The notes beneath the pieces were generated by a model, which worked only from the letters and a program-made list of their open reading frames with translations, was not told the origin of the DNA and made no database searches. From the NCBI GenBank assembly GCA_000146045.2, contig BK006948.2:128001-192000 (forward strand): a stretch of 64,000 bases of DNA, in the 5' to 3' direction. This DNA comes from TPA_inf: Saccharomyces. Its lineage: Eukaryota. Made by a program: the position numbers and the translations under genes. Shown piece after piece: positions 43,070 to 53,681 of the stretch (positions within the stretch are counted from its first letter, which is position 1; each line of letters opens with the position of its first letter).

Positions 43070-46000
43070 ATGTCCCAGCCCACTAAGAATAAGAAGAAAG
43101 AACACGGGACCGATTCCAAGTCATCCCGCATGACTCGGACGTTGGTTAATCATATTCTTTTTGAAAGAATTCTCCCGATCCTTCCGGTGGAGTCTAATCT
43201 AAGTACCTATTCGGAAGTGGAAGAGTATTCCTCATTCATTTCATGCAGATCTGTGCTCATTAACGTTACCGTTTCCCGAGATGCAAATGCTATGGTGGAA
43301 GGCACCTTGGAGTTGATAGAATCGCTTCTTCAAGGGCACGAAATCATTTCAGATAAGGGTAGCAGTGACGTTATTGAATCAATACTGATTATACTAAGAT
43401 TGTTAAGTGATGCGCTAGAGTATAATTGGCAAAATCAAGAAAGCCTTCATTACAACGACATTTCGACTCACGTAGAACATGACCAAGAACAGAAGTACAG
43501 ACCAAAGCTTAACAGTATTCTGCCCGACTACTCGTCGACTCATTCCAATGGCAACAAACACTTTTTCCACCAGAGCAAACCTCAGGCACTGATACCGGAA
43601 CTGGCATCGAAATTGCTTGAGAGTTGCGCGAAGTTGAAGTTCAATACAAGAACTTTGCAAATTTTACAAAATATGATCAGTCATGTTCATGGAAACATTC
43701 TAACGACTTTGAGTTCCTCGATTCTTCCCCGCCACAAATCCTATCTGACAAGGCACAACCATCCTTCTCATTGTAAAATGATTGACTCTACTCTAGGCCA
43801 TATTCTCCGATTTGTAGCGGCTTCCAATCCGTCCGAGTATTTTGAATTTATCAGAAAGAGTGTGCAAGTGCCCGTAACACAGACACACACGCATTCACAC
43901 TCCCATTCACACTCTTTGCCATCTTCCGTTTATAACAGCATAGTGCCCCACTTTGATCTTTTCAGCTTCATCTATTTAAGCAAGCATAATTTTAAGAAAT
44001 ACTTGGAACTCATCAAAAACTTATCGGTGACGTTAAGGAAAACGATTTATCATTGCCTACTTTTGCATTACAGCGCCAAAGCAATAATGTTTTGGATAAT
44101 GGCTAGGCCTGCGGAATATTATGAACTCTTCAACTTATTAAAAGATAATAACAATGAACACTCGAAATCCTTAAACACGTTAAACCATACACTTTTCGAG
44201 GAGATCCATTCGACTTTTAATGTGAATAGCATGATAACCACCAATCAAAATGCTCATCAAGGCTCATCTTCCCCTTCGTCCTCCTCGCCATCGTCACCAC
44301 CTAGCTCATCATCATCGGATAACAACAATCAAAACATAATAGCAAAATCCTTAAGTCGTCAGCTTTCTCACCACCAGTCATACATTCAACAGCAGTCTGA
44401 AAGAAAACTACATTCTTCATGGACTACAAACTCTCAATCCTCTACTTCACTGTCATCTTCAACGTCTAATTCAACAACAACTGATTTCTCTACTCACACT
44501 CAACCAGGAGAATATGACCCTTCCTTACCAGATACTCCCACGATGTCTAACATCACTATTAGTGCATCTTCATTATTATCTCAAACTCCAACTCCAACAA
44601 CACAATTGCAACAGCGGTTGAACTCAGCAGCTGCAGCCGCCGCCGCAGCTGCTTCACCATCGAATTCCACCCCAACTGGATACACAGCAGAGCAACAAAG
44701 TCGCGCTTCATACGATGCACACAAAACTGGCCATACTGGTAAGGATTATGACGAACATTTTTTGTCTGTCACTCGTTTGGATAATGTTTTGGAGTTATAC
44801 ACGCACTTTGATGATACTGAGGTACTACCACACACATCCGTACTGAAGTTTTTAACTACTTTGACAATGTTCGATATTGACCTTTTTAATGAATTAAACG
44901 CTACATCATTCAAATATATTCCTGATTGTACTATGCATCGTCCAAAAGAAAGAACAAGTTCTTTCAATAATACTGCACACGAGACAGGTTCCGAAAAGAC
45001 TTCGGGTATAAAACATATTACACAAGGCTTAAAGAAATTAACTTCTTTACCTTCCTCAACCAAAAAAACTGTAAAATTTGTGAAGATGTTGCTAAGAAAT
45101 TTAAATGGGAATCAAGCTGTATCAGATGTTGCCCTCTTAGATACAATGAGGGCCTTACTATCATTCTTTACAATGACTTCTGCGGTCTTTCTCGTGGATA
45201 GAAACTTACCCTCAGTACTTTTTGCCAAGAGACTCATCCCCATAATGGGGACAAATTTAAGCGTCGGTCAAGACTGGAATTCAAAAATAAATAACAGTTT
45301 GATGGTTTGTTTGAAAAAAAACTCCACCACGTTTGTTCAATTACAATTAATATTCTTCTCTTCAGCTATTCAATTCGATCATGAATTATTACTGGCACGT
45401 CTGAGCATCGATACAATGGCCAACAATTTAAACATGCAGAAGCTATGCCTTTATACTGAAGGATTCAGGATATTCTTCGACATACCAAGTAAGAAGGAAT
45501 TGCGGAAGGCAATTGCGGTTAAAATTTCTAAATTTTTCAAAACATTATTCTCCATTATAGCAGATATTCTTTTACAAGAATTTCCGTATTTTGATGAGCA
45601 AATCACCGACATAGTTGCTTCCATTCTTGACGGTACAATTATCAATGAGTATGGTACGAAGAAACATTTCAAGGGGAGCTCACCCTCTTTATGTTCGACA
45701 ACCCGGTCAAGATCAGGATCTACATCTCAAAGTTCAATGACACCAGTTTCTCCGCTGGGACTGGATACTGATATATGTCCAATGAACACCCTGTCTTTAG
45801 TTGGTTCAAGTACTTCAAGAAATTCTGACAACGTTAATTCATTAAACAGTTCACCAAAGAACTTGTCTTCTGATCCATACTTGTCACATCTTGTGGCCCC
45901 AAGAGCGCGTCATGCTTTAGGTGGGCCATCTAGTATTATAAGGAATAAAATACCGACTACATTGACTTCACCTCCAGGAACGGAAAAATCTTCACCAGTA

Positions 46001-49000
46001 CAACGTCCGCAAACGGAAAGCATCAGTGCCACACCAATGGCCATAACAAATTCTACTCCATTATCGTCGGCAGCATTCGGAATTCGATCGCCTTTGCAGA
46101 AAATAAGAACGAGGCGTTATTCCGATGAAAGTTTAGGAAAATTCATGAAATCAACAAATAATTACATTCAAGAACATTTGATACCAAAAGATTTGAATGA
46201 AGCAACTCTTCAAGATGCTAGAAGAATAATGATTAATATTTTCAGTATTTTTAAGAGACCGAATAGTTACTTCATCATTCCTCACAATATAAACTCGAAT
46301 TTACAATGGGTTTCGCAGGATTTTAGAAATATTATGAAACCGATTTTCGTCGCCATCGTAAGTCCGGATGTAGATTTACAGAATACTGCTCAATCATTCA
46401 TGGATACCTTATTATCGAATGTTATTACTTATGGTGAATCAGATGAGAATATCAGTATTGAAGGGTATCATCTTCTTTGCAGTTACACTGTAACATTATT
46501 TGCAATGGGCCTTTTCGATTTGAAAATTAATAATGAAAAGCGTCAAATTCTCTTGGATATAACTGTCAAGTTTATGAAGGTTAGATCACATTTAGCAGGG
46601 ATCGCGGAGGCCTCACACCACATGGAATACATAAGTGATTCTGAAAAACTCACCTTTCCGCTGATTATGGGGACTGTTGGTAGGGCCCTATTTGTTTCAT
46701 TATACTCTAGTCAACAAAAAATTGAAAAGACTTTAAAGATTGCTTACACAGAGTATCTTTCTGCAATCAATTTTCATGAGAGGAATATTGATGATGCTGA
46801 TAAAACTTGGGTTCATAATATTGAGTTTGTAGAAGCGATGTGTCATGACAACTACACAACTTCTGGTTCAATTGCTTTCCAAAGGAGGACAAGAAATAAT
46901 ATTTTACGATTTGCTACTATTCCTAACGCTATCTTACTTGATTCTATGAGGATGATCTATAAGAAGTGGCATACTTACACACACAGTAAAAGTTTAGAAA
47001 AACAAGAACGGAACGACTTCAGAAATTTCGCGGGTATTTTAGCCTCTTTGTCGGGTATCCTATTCATCAATAAAAAGATATTGCAAGAAATGTATCCATA
47101 CCTACTCGACACCGTTTCAGAATTGAAAAAAAATATAGACTCTTTTATCTCAAAACAATGCCAATGGTTAAACTATCCGGATTTATTAACGAGAGAAAAT
47201 TCAAGAGATATTCTAAGTGTAGAACTGCATCCTTTGTCTTTTAACTTACTTTTTAATAATTTGAGGCTCAAGTTAAAAGAACTTGCTTGTTCAGACTTAT
47301 CAATACCAGAAAATGAAAGTTCCTATGTTTTATTAGAACAAATAATCAAAATGCTGCGGACAATCCTAGGTCGTGATGATGACAATTATGTAATGATGCT
47401 TTTTTCCACAGAGATTGTAGATCTTATTGATTTATTGACAGATGAAATAAAAAAAATACCAGCCTATTGTCCAAAATATCTCAAGGCAATTATTCAAATG
47501 ACCAAAATGTTCAGTGCCTTGCAGCACTCAGAGGTTAATTTAGGTGTCAAAAATCATTTTCACGTTAAAAATAAATGGTTGAGGCAAATCACTGATTGGT
47601 TTCAAGTGAGTATTGCGAGAGAGTACGATTTCGAAAACTTGTCAAAACCTCTAAAAGAAATGGATTTGGTAAAAAGAGACATGGATATTCTATACATAGA
47701 TACGGCAATCGAAGCTTCAACCGCTATTGCGTACCTCACGAGACATACTTTCTTAGAGATTCCACCTGCCGCGTCAGATCCCGAACTATCTCGATCTAGG
47801 TCTGTGATATTTGGGTTTTATTTCAACATCTTAATGAAAGGCCTTGAAAAAAGTAGTGATCGTGACAATTACCCAGTATTCTTGAGGCACAAAATGAGTG
47901 TCCTCAACGACAATGTAATACTTTCATTAACAAATCTTTCAAACACCAATGTTGATGCGAGTTTGCAGTTCACCTTACCGATGGGCTATTCCGGAAATCG
48001 AAACATTAGGAATGCATTTTTGGAGGTCTTCATTAATATCGTTACGAACTATCGGACATACACGGCTAAAACTGACCTTGGAAAATTAGAGGCAGCAGAC
48101 AAATTTTTGCGATATACGATTGAACATCCCCAGCTATCGTCCTTTGGAGCAGCGGTTTGTCCCGCTAGCGATATTGATGCTTATGCTGCTGGCTTAATAA
48201 ATGCATTTGAAACGAGGAATGCCACCCACATTGTAGTGGCACAGTTGATTAAAAATGAAATTGAAAAATCTTCCAGACCTACGGATATCCTTAGAAGAAA
48301 TAGCTGTGCTACGAGATCATTATCTATGCTAGCCAGGTCCAAGGGTAACGAATATTTGATTCGCACTTTGCAACCATTACTAAAAAAAATTATCCAGAAC
48401 AGAGATTTTTTTGAAATTGAGAAACTAAAACCGGAAGATTCAGATGCTGAACGTCAAATAGAGCTCTTCGTTAAATACATGAATGAATTATTGGAATCCA
48501 TATCCAACTCCGTATCTTATTTTCCCCCTCCTTTATTTTATATTTGCCAAAACATTTATAAAGTTGCGTGTGAAAAATTTCCGGATCACGCAATTATCGC
48601 CGCTGGGTCTTTCGTGTTTTTACGGTTTTTTTGTCCTGCTTTAGTCAGCCCTGATTCTGAAAATATCATAGATATTTCTCACTTGAGCGAAAAGCGTACC
48701 TTCATCAGCTTGGCTAAAGTTATCCAAAATATTGCCAATGGCTCAGAAAATTTCTCCAGATGGCCAGCTTTGTGTTCCCAAAAGGATTTTCTTAAGGAAT
48801 GTAGCGATAGAATTTTCAGATTCCTAGCTGAACTTTGTAGAACAGATCGCACGATAGACATCCAAGTGAGAACAGACCCAACGCCAATTGCATTTGACTA
48901 TCAATTCCTTCATTCCTTTGTTTACCTTTACGGTCTTGAGGTGAGAAGGAATGTGCTAAATGAAGCAAAACATGATGATGGTGACATTGATGGTGACGAT

Positions 49001-52000
49001 TTCTATAAGACCACATTTTTACTTATTGATGATGTTCTTGGCCAATTAGGCCAACCTAAAATGGAATTTTCCAATGAAATACCAATATACATAAGAGAAC
49101 ATATGGACGACTATCCGGAACTGTATGAGTTCATGAATAGGCACGCGTTCAGAAACATTGAGACTTCAACAGCGTACAGCCCAAGCGTTCACGAGTCCAC
49201 CTCAAGTGAAGGCATTCCAATTATTACGTTAACAATGTCAAATTTCTCAGACAGACATGTGGACATTGATACAGTTGCTTACAAGTTCTTGCAAATTTAT
49301 GCTCGAATCTGGACCACCAAACACTGTTTAATAATCGACTGTACAGAATTTGACGAGGGAGGGCTTGATATGAGGAAATTTATTTCTTTGGTTATGGGAC
49401 TATTACCAGAAGTTGCACCCAAAAATTGTATAGGCTGTTACTACTTTAACGTAAACGAGACATTTATGGATAATTATGGAAAATGTTTGGACAAAGACAA
49501 CGTATATGTTTCCTCGAAAATTCCTCATTATTTCATTAATAGTAACTCTGATGAAGGACTTATGAAATCTGTGGGTATAACTGGACAAGGGTTGAAGGTT
49601 CTGCAAGATATTCGTGTCTCTCTGCATGATATCACGCTTTATGACGAAAAAAGAAATAGATTTACGCCGGTATCGTTGAAAATAGGCGATATTTACTTTC
49701 AAGTCTTGCATGAAACTCCTAGGCAATATAAAATAAGGGACATGGGTACTTTATTCGACGTAAAATTCAATGATGTCTACGAAATTAGCCGAATATTTGA
49801 AGTACATGTTTCGTCAATAACTGGAGTGGCAGCTGAATTTACAGTAACTTTTCAGGACGAGAGAAGGTTGATTTTTAGTAGTCCGAAATACCTTGAAATT
49901 GTGAAGATGTTCTATTACGCACAGATCCGGTTAGAAAGTGAATATGAAATGGATAATAATTCGAGTACCTCCTCCCCAAATTCAAACAACAAGGACAAAC
50001 AGCAGAAAGAGAGAACAAAACTATTGTGCCACCTACTGTTAGTATCTCTTATTGGTCTGTTTGATGAGAGTAAAAAAATGAAAAACAGTTCGTATAACCT
50101 AATAGCTGCCACTGAGGCGTCATTTGGTTTGAACTTTGGCTCCCATTTTCATCGCTCTCCCGAGGTGTACGTCCCCGAAGATACTACAACATTTTTAGGT
50201 GTTATTGGAAAGTCTCTTGCAGAGTCTAATCCAGAACTCACAGCCTATATGTTTATCTATGTTTTGGAGGCATTGAAGAACAACGTAATTCCTCACGTTT
50301 ACATCCCTCATACCATTTGCGGTTTGTCTTATTGGATCCCTAATTTATACCAACATGTGTATTTGGCTGATGATGAAGAAGGCCCCGAAAACATATCTCA
50401 CATTTTCCGAATTCTTATCAGGCTCTCTGTGAGAGAGACTGACTTTAAAGCCGTATACATGCAATATGTTTGGTTGCTACTTTTAGATGATGGCCGCTTA
50501 ACTGACATTATCGTTGATGAAGTTATTAATCATGCGTTAGAAAGAGACTCCGAAAACCGCGATTGGAAGAAAACAATATCGTTACTGACTGTCCTACCCA
50601 CTACTGAGGTTGCTAATAATATTATTCAAAAAATATTGGCAAAAATTAGATCATTTTTACCGTCATTGAAGTTAGAAGCTATGACCCAAAGTTGGTCTGA
50701 ACTAACAATATTAGTTAAGATAAGCATCCACGTTTTTTTTGAAACTTCTTTGCTGGTACAGATGTACTTACCAGAGATCCTGTTTATCGTATCCTTATTA
50801 ATTGATGTTGGTCCAAGGGAACTCAGATCATCACTACACCAGCTATTAATGAATGTATGCCATTCCTTGGCTATTAACTCAGCTTTACCACAAGATCATA
50901 GAAATAATCTAGATGAAATAAGTGATATATTTGCACATCAAAAGGTGAAGTTTATGTTTGGGTTCAGCGAGGACAAAGGACGAATTTTACAGATTTTTAG
51001 CGCTTCTTCTTTTGCAAGCAAGTTTAATATTCTGGATTTCTTCATCAATAATATATTATTGCTGATGGAATATTCTTCAACGTACGAAGCAAACGTGTGG
51101 AAGACAAGATACAAGAAATATGTCTTGGAATCTGTGTTTACAAGTAATTCTTTTCTTTCGGCACGTTCAATCATGATTGTTGGTATAATGGGTAAATCTT
51201 ACATAACTGAAGGGTTATGCAAGGCTATGTTAATTGAAACCATGAAAGTTATCGCCGAACCAAAGATTACTGACGAGCATCTTTTCTTAGCCATATCTCA
51301 TATTTTTACTTATTCCAAAATTGTTGAAGGTTTGGATCCCAACCTTGACTTAATGAAGCACTTATTTTGGTTTTCAACACTCTTCCTTGAATCACGTCAC
51401 CCGATAATTTTTGAGGGTGCCCTTCTCTTTGTGTCAAACTGTATAAGGCGCCTATACATGGCCCAGTTTGAAAATGAAAGCGAAACATCATTGATAAGTA
51501 CTTTACTTAAGGGGAGAAAGTTTGCTCATACCTTTTTAAGCAAGATAGAGAATCTTAGTGGTATTGTTTGGAATGAAGATAATTTTACACACATTCTGAT
51601 TTTCATCATTAATAAAGGACTATCCAATCCTTTCATTAAGAGTACGGCTTTTGATTTCTTGAAGATGATGTTTAGAAACTCCTACTTTGAGCATCAAATC
51701 AATCAGAAATCTGATCATTATTTGTGCTATATGTTCCTATTGTATTTTGTTTTAAACTGCAATCAATTTGAGGAACTTTTAGGTGACGTTGATTTTGAAG
51801 GAGAAATGGTTAACATTGAAAACAAGAACACCATTCCTAAAATTTTGTTAGAGTGGTTGAGTTCGGATAACGAAAATGCAAACATTACCCTCTATCAAGG
51901 TGCGATACTGTTCAAATGTTCAGTTACGGATGAACCAAGTAGATTTAGGTTTGCGTTGATTATTAGGCATCTATTGACAAAGAAACCCATTTGTGCATTG

Positions 52001-52309
52001 CGTTTTTACAGTGTTATTCGTAACGAAATAAGAAAAATATCAGCATTTGAGCAAAATTCGGATTGTGTTCCACTTGCTTTCGATATTTTAAACTTATTAG
52101 TGACGCATTCAGAGTCTAATTCGTTAGAAAAACTTCACGAAGAATCCATTGAACGTCTAACCAAAAGAGGTTTATCGATTGTGACTTCTTCTGGTATATT
52201 TGCGAAGAACTCCGACATGATGATACCTTTAGATGTAAAACCTGAAGATATCTATGAACGTAAGAGAATAATGACAATGATTTTATCAAGGATGTCATGT
52301 TCTGCTTAG
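43070..52309 (+). CDS. IRA2: Ras GTPase-activating protein (neurofibromin homolog), 3079 aa
   Basis: Giant ORF with the RasGAP signature FLRFFCPALVSP at about 48604-48651. Low-complexity N-terminal region ((HS)n, polySer, polyAla). 3079 aa equals IRA2 (YOL081W). Confidence 0.95.
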   Translation: MSQPTKNKKKEHGTDSKSSRMTRTLVNHILFERILPILPVESNLSTYSEVEEYSSFISCRSVLINVTVSRDANAMVEGTLELIESLLQGHEIISDKGSSDVIESILIILRLLSDALEYNWQNQESLHYNDISTHVEHDQEQKYRPKLNSILPDYSSTHSNGNKHFFHQSKPQALIPELASKLLESCAKLKFNTRTLQILQNMISHVHGNILTTLSSSILPRHKSYLTRHNHPSHCKMIDSTLGHILRFVAASNPSEYFEFIRKSVQVPVTQTHTHSHSHSHSLPSSVYNSIVPHFDLFSFIYLSKHNFKKYLELIKNLSVTLRKTIYHCLLLHYSAKAIMFWIMARPAEYYELFNLLKDNNNEHSKSLNTLNHTLFEEIHSTFNVNSMITTNQNAHQGSSSPSSSSPSSPPSSSSSDNNNQNIIAKSLSRQLSHHQSYIQQQSERKLHSSWTTNSQSSTSLSSSTSNSTTTDFSTHTQPGEYDPSLPDTPTMSNITISASSLLSQTPTPTTQLQQRLNSAAAAAAAAASPSNSTPTGYTAEQQSRASYDAHKTGHTGKDYDEHFLSVTRLDNVLELYTHFDDTEVLPHTSVLKFLTTLTMFDIDLFNELNATSFKYIPDCTMHRPKERTSSFNNTAHETGSEKTSGIKHITQGLKKLTSLPSSTKKTVKFVKMLLRNLNGNQAVSDVALLDTMRALLSFFTMTSAVFLVDRNLPSVLFAKRLIPIMGTNLSVGQDWNSKINNSLMVCLKKNSTTFVQLQLIFFSSAIQFDHELLLARLSIDTMANNLNMQKLCLYTEGFRIFFDIPSKKELRKAIAVKISKFFKTLFSIIADILLQEFPYFDEQITDIVASILDGTIINEYGTKKHFKGSSPSLCSTTRSRSGSTSQSSMTPVSPLGLDTDICPMNTLSLVGSSTSRNSDNVNSLNSSPKNLSSDPYLSHLVAPRARHALGGPSSIIRNKIPTTLTSPPGTEKSSPVQRPQTESISATPMAITNSTPLSSAAFGIRSPLQKIRTRRYSDESLGKFMKSTNNYIQEHLIPKDLNEATLQDARRIMINIFSIFKRPNSYFIIPHNINSNLQWVSQDFRNIMKPIFVAIVSPDVDLQNTAQSFMDTLLSNVITYGESDENISIEGYHLLCSYTVTLFAMGLFDLKINNEKRQILLDITVKFMKVRSHLAGIAEASHHMEYISDSEKLTFPLIMGTVGRALFVSLYSSQQKIEKTLKIAYTEYLSAINFHERNIDDADKTWVHNIEFVEAMCHDNYTTSGSIAFQRRTRNNILRFATIPNAILLDSMRMIYKKWHTYTHSKSLEKQERNDFRNFAGILASLSGILFINKKILQEMYPYLLDTVSELKKNIDSFISKQCQWLNYPDLLTRENSRDILSVELHPLSFNLLFNNLRLKLKELACSDLSIPENESSYVLLEQIIKMLRTILGRDDDNYVMMLFSTEIVDLIDLLTDEIKKIPAYCPKYLKAIIQMTKMFSALQHSEVNLGVKNHFHVKNKWLRQITDWFQVSIAREYDFENLSKPLKEMDLVKRDMDILYIDTAIEASTAIAYLTRHTFLEIPPAASDPELSRSRSVIFGFYFNILMKGLEKSSDRDNYPVFLRHKMSVLNDNVILSLTNLSNTNVDASLQFTLPMGYSGNRNIRNAFLEVFINIVTNYRTYTAKTDLGKLEAADKFLRYTIEHPQLSSFGAAVCPASDIDAYAAGLINAFETRNATHIVVAQLIKNEIEKSSRPTDILRRNSCATRSLSMLARSKGNEYLIRTLQPLLKKIIQNRDFFEIEKLKPEDSDAERQIELFVKYMNELLESISNSVSYFPPPLFYICQNIYKVACEKFPDHAIIAAGSFVFLRFFCPALVSPDSENIIDISHLSEKRTFISLAKVIQNIANGSENFSRWPALCSQKDFLKECSDRIFRFLAELCRTDRTIDIQVRTDPTPIAFDYQFLHSFVYLYGLEVRRNVLNEAKHDDGDIDGDDFYKTTFLLIDDVLGQLGQPKMEFSNEIPIYIREHMDDYPELYEFMNRHAFRNIETSTAYSPSVHESTSSEGIPIITLTMSNFSDRHVDIDTVAYKFLQIYARIWTTKHCLIIDCTEFDEGGLDMRKFISLVMGLLPEVAPKNCIGCYYFNVNETFMDNYGKCLDKDNVYVSSKIPHYFINSNSDEGLMKSVGITGQGLKVLQDIRVSLHDITLYDEKRNRFTPVSLKIGDIYFQVLHETPRQYKIRDMGTLFDVKFNDVYEISRIFEVHVSSITGVAAEFTVTFQDERRLIFSSPKYLEIVKMFYYAQIRLESEYEMDNNSSTSSPNSNNKDKQQKERTKLLCHLLLVSLIGLFDESKKMKNSSYNLIAATEASFGLNFGSHFHRSPEVYVPEDTTTFLGVIGKSLAESNPELTAYMFIYVLEALKNNVIPHVYIPHTICGLSYWIPNLYQHVYLADDEEGPENISHIFRILIRLSVRETDFKAVYMQYVWLLLLDDGRLTDIIVDEVINHALERDSENRDWKKTISLLTVLPTTEVANNIIQKILAKIRSFLPSLKLEAMTQSWSELTILVKISIHVFFETSLLVQMYLPEILFIVSLLIDVGPRELRSSLHQLLMNVCHSLAINSALPQDHRNNLDEISDIFAHQKVKFMFGFSEDKGRILQIFSASSFASKFNILDFFINNILLLMEYSSTYEANVWKTRYKKYVLESVFTSNSFLSARSIMIVGIMGKSYITEGLCKAMLIETMKVIAEPKITDEHLFLAISHIFTYSKIVEGLDPNLDLMKHLFWFSTLFLESRHPIIFEGALLFVSNCIRRLYMAQFENESETSLISTLLKGRKFAHTFLSKIENLSGIVWNEDNFTHILIFIINKGLSNPFIKSTAFDFLKMMFRNSYFEHQINQKSDHYLCYMFLLYFVLNCNQFEELLGDVDFEGEMVNIENKNTIPKILLEWLSSDNENANITLYQGAILFKCSVTDEPSRFRFALIIRHLLTKKPICALRFYSVIRNEIRKISAFEQNSDCVPLAFDILNLLVTHSESNSLEKLHEESIERLTKRGLSIVTSSGIFAKNSDMMIPLDVKPEDIYERKRIMTMILSRMSCSA
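43878..43915 (+). repeat. IRA2: (CAC/CAT-TCN)n dinucleotide-codon repeat encoding THTHSHSHSHS in the IRA2 N-terminal region; further polySer (about 44260-44320) and polyAla (44627-44653) tracts
   Basis: acacagacacacacgcattcacactcccattcacactct and gcagctgcagccgccgccgcagctgct are read directly from the sequence. Confidence 0.8.
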
Positions 52310-52557
52310 AGGTGTTACATAAACTAATGAAAGAAATATCAATATCTATCTGTAAGCATGAATGTACATATCTCATGTTAGGGTTTTCTTATCGCTAATT
52401 TTTCGCAATTTGTTACGTGGGTTGCTTTTATACAGCTACAATTTTTATATATTCTATCGTGTAATGAATGGCTCAGTAAATTCAAGCGCCACATAGACTA
52501 ATGTACATACCAATGCATTTTAATTGTAAGAATAAAAGGGGCCATTCATCTACCGTC

Positions 52558-53427
52558 TTAGTTGAAAGTGTTTCTGTGAATTTTTTCAAATTCCGTTTTT
52601 TCCTTTTTATATAATAGCATGGTGGCACGAGCATCTTCGACTGAAGAATGCTCACCTTCTTGAATGGAAATTTTTAAAACCTCCCTGGTTAATTTCTTTA
52701 AGCTGGGTGTTTTACCCTTAGCATACAACTTCCTGAATGGGAGGTGTCTTGAAGTGTCCCTGAGTAGTGACTTTGGGTGGGATAACATCAATGCTTCGAG
52801 ATCATGCTTTAAAGCGTGCCCTACAAGAATTCTACCTTCCAGAATATCCGCAGTCTTTTTTTGAGCTTCTTTGAATGTAATGGCATTTTTCATATGCTCT
52901 GGTTTAATACCACTAACCCAAGTTCTCCATTCTACAACTTTCTCTCTTGGCTTAACAAATTCATCGAGGACGACATGTCCAAAATAATTTACGATTGATA
53001 TTCTAGCTAACGCAGACTCTTTACCCTCGGGACCAACGCCTACAAATTCACAATCCATGGCGATGTATTTCCCAATTTCTTTACTCTTATTACTATTAAT
53101 ACGAGTATCTTCCGAAATACCCACTTTTACTGGCTCTTTAATAGTAGTACTAGTATTTGCTTTATTTGGGTTGAATTCAAACACTTTTCCCTCGAGCTTG
53201 TCTTTCTCATGCTTACTAATCTCCTTGTTCATGTTATATACCATGTCCATAATTTTACTGCCGTTTTTGCGCTTTCGAGGGGCATATTGGGTTGTACTAC
53301 TGACATTTACTGTTTTGCTAACTTTCTTAACGTTTCTGATTTTCCTATTTGATTGCTTATTCTTTCCATTGGAGGTAGGATTGCTTTCGGAGGCTAATAG
53401 TGCCTGCCAGTTTGAAGAGAGAGCCAT
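52558..53427 (-). CDS. REX4: DEDDh 3'-5' RNA exonuclease involved in pre-rRNA processing, 289 aa
   Basis: Exonuclease motifs ([20 protein letters not shown], and the H-x4-D region with SSVEDARAT) and a basic N-terminus. 289 aa equals REX4 (YOL080C). A PAC+RRPE pair lies in the promoter. Confidence 0.9.
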
Positions 53428-53508
53428 TAAAACTGTACGCTATCTACTTTATTAAATCTGTAAACGTCTATGAAGCCTCTAGAACCAGGCTTTAAATGGA
53501 TTGTGGTT

Positions 53509-53541
53509 GCGATGAGGTTAGTTTAACTTTTGAAATTTTTC
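53509..53541. promoter_or_regulatory. REX4: PAC (GCGATGAG) + RRPE (TGAAATTTTTC) pair in the REX4/AVO1 divergent promoter
   Basis: GCGATGAG is at 53509-53516 and tgaaatttttc at 53531-53541, about 85-115 bp upstream of the REX4 ATG. This is the canonical ribosome-biogenesis regulon motif pair. Confidence 0.65.
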
Positions 53542-53681
53542 TTTTTTTTAGCCGACCTTACATATCAGCCCGCGTCAAAAAATATACGGTATAATAATTC
53601 TCAATAGATACAGGCTACTGAACAGGAAAACTAAATAAAACAGTGTTTGTAAAACCCCCACCACACCATAATAAGACGATA

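Noticed and set aside
53057-53455. 132-aa plus-strand ORF overlapping REX4 on the opposite strand (YOL079W-type dubious ORF)
   Set aside because: It is entirely antisense to REX4 with a hydrophobic repetitive sequence, the classic dubious-ORF signature.
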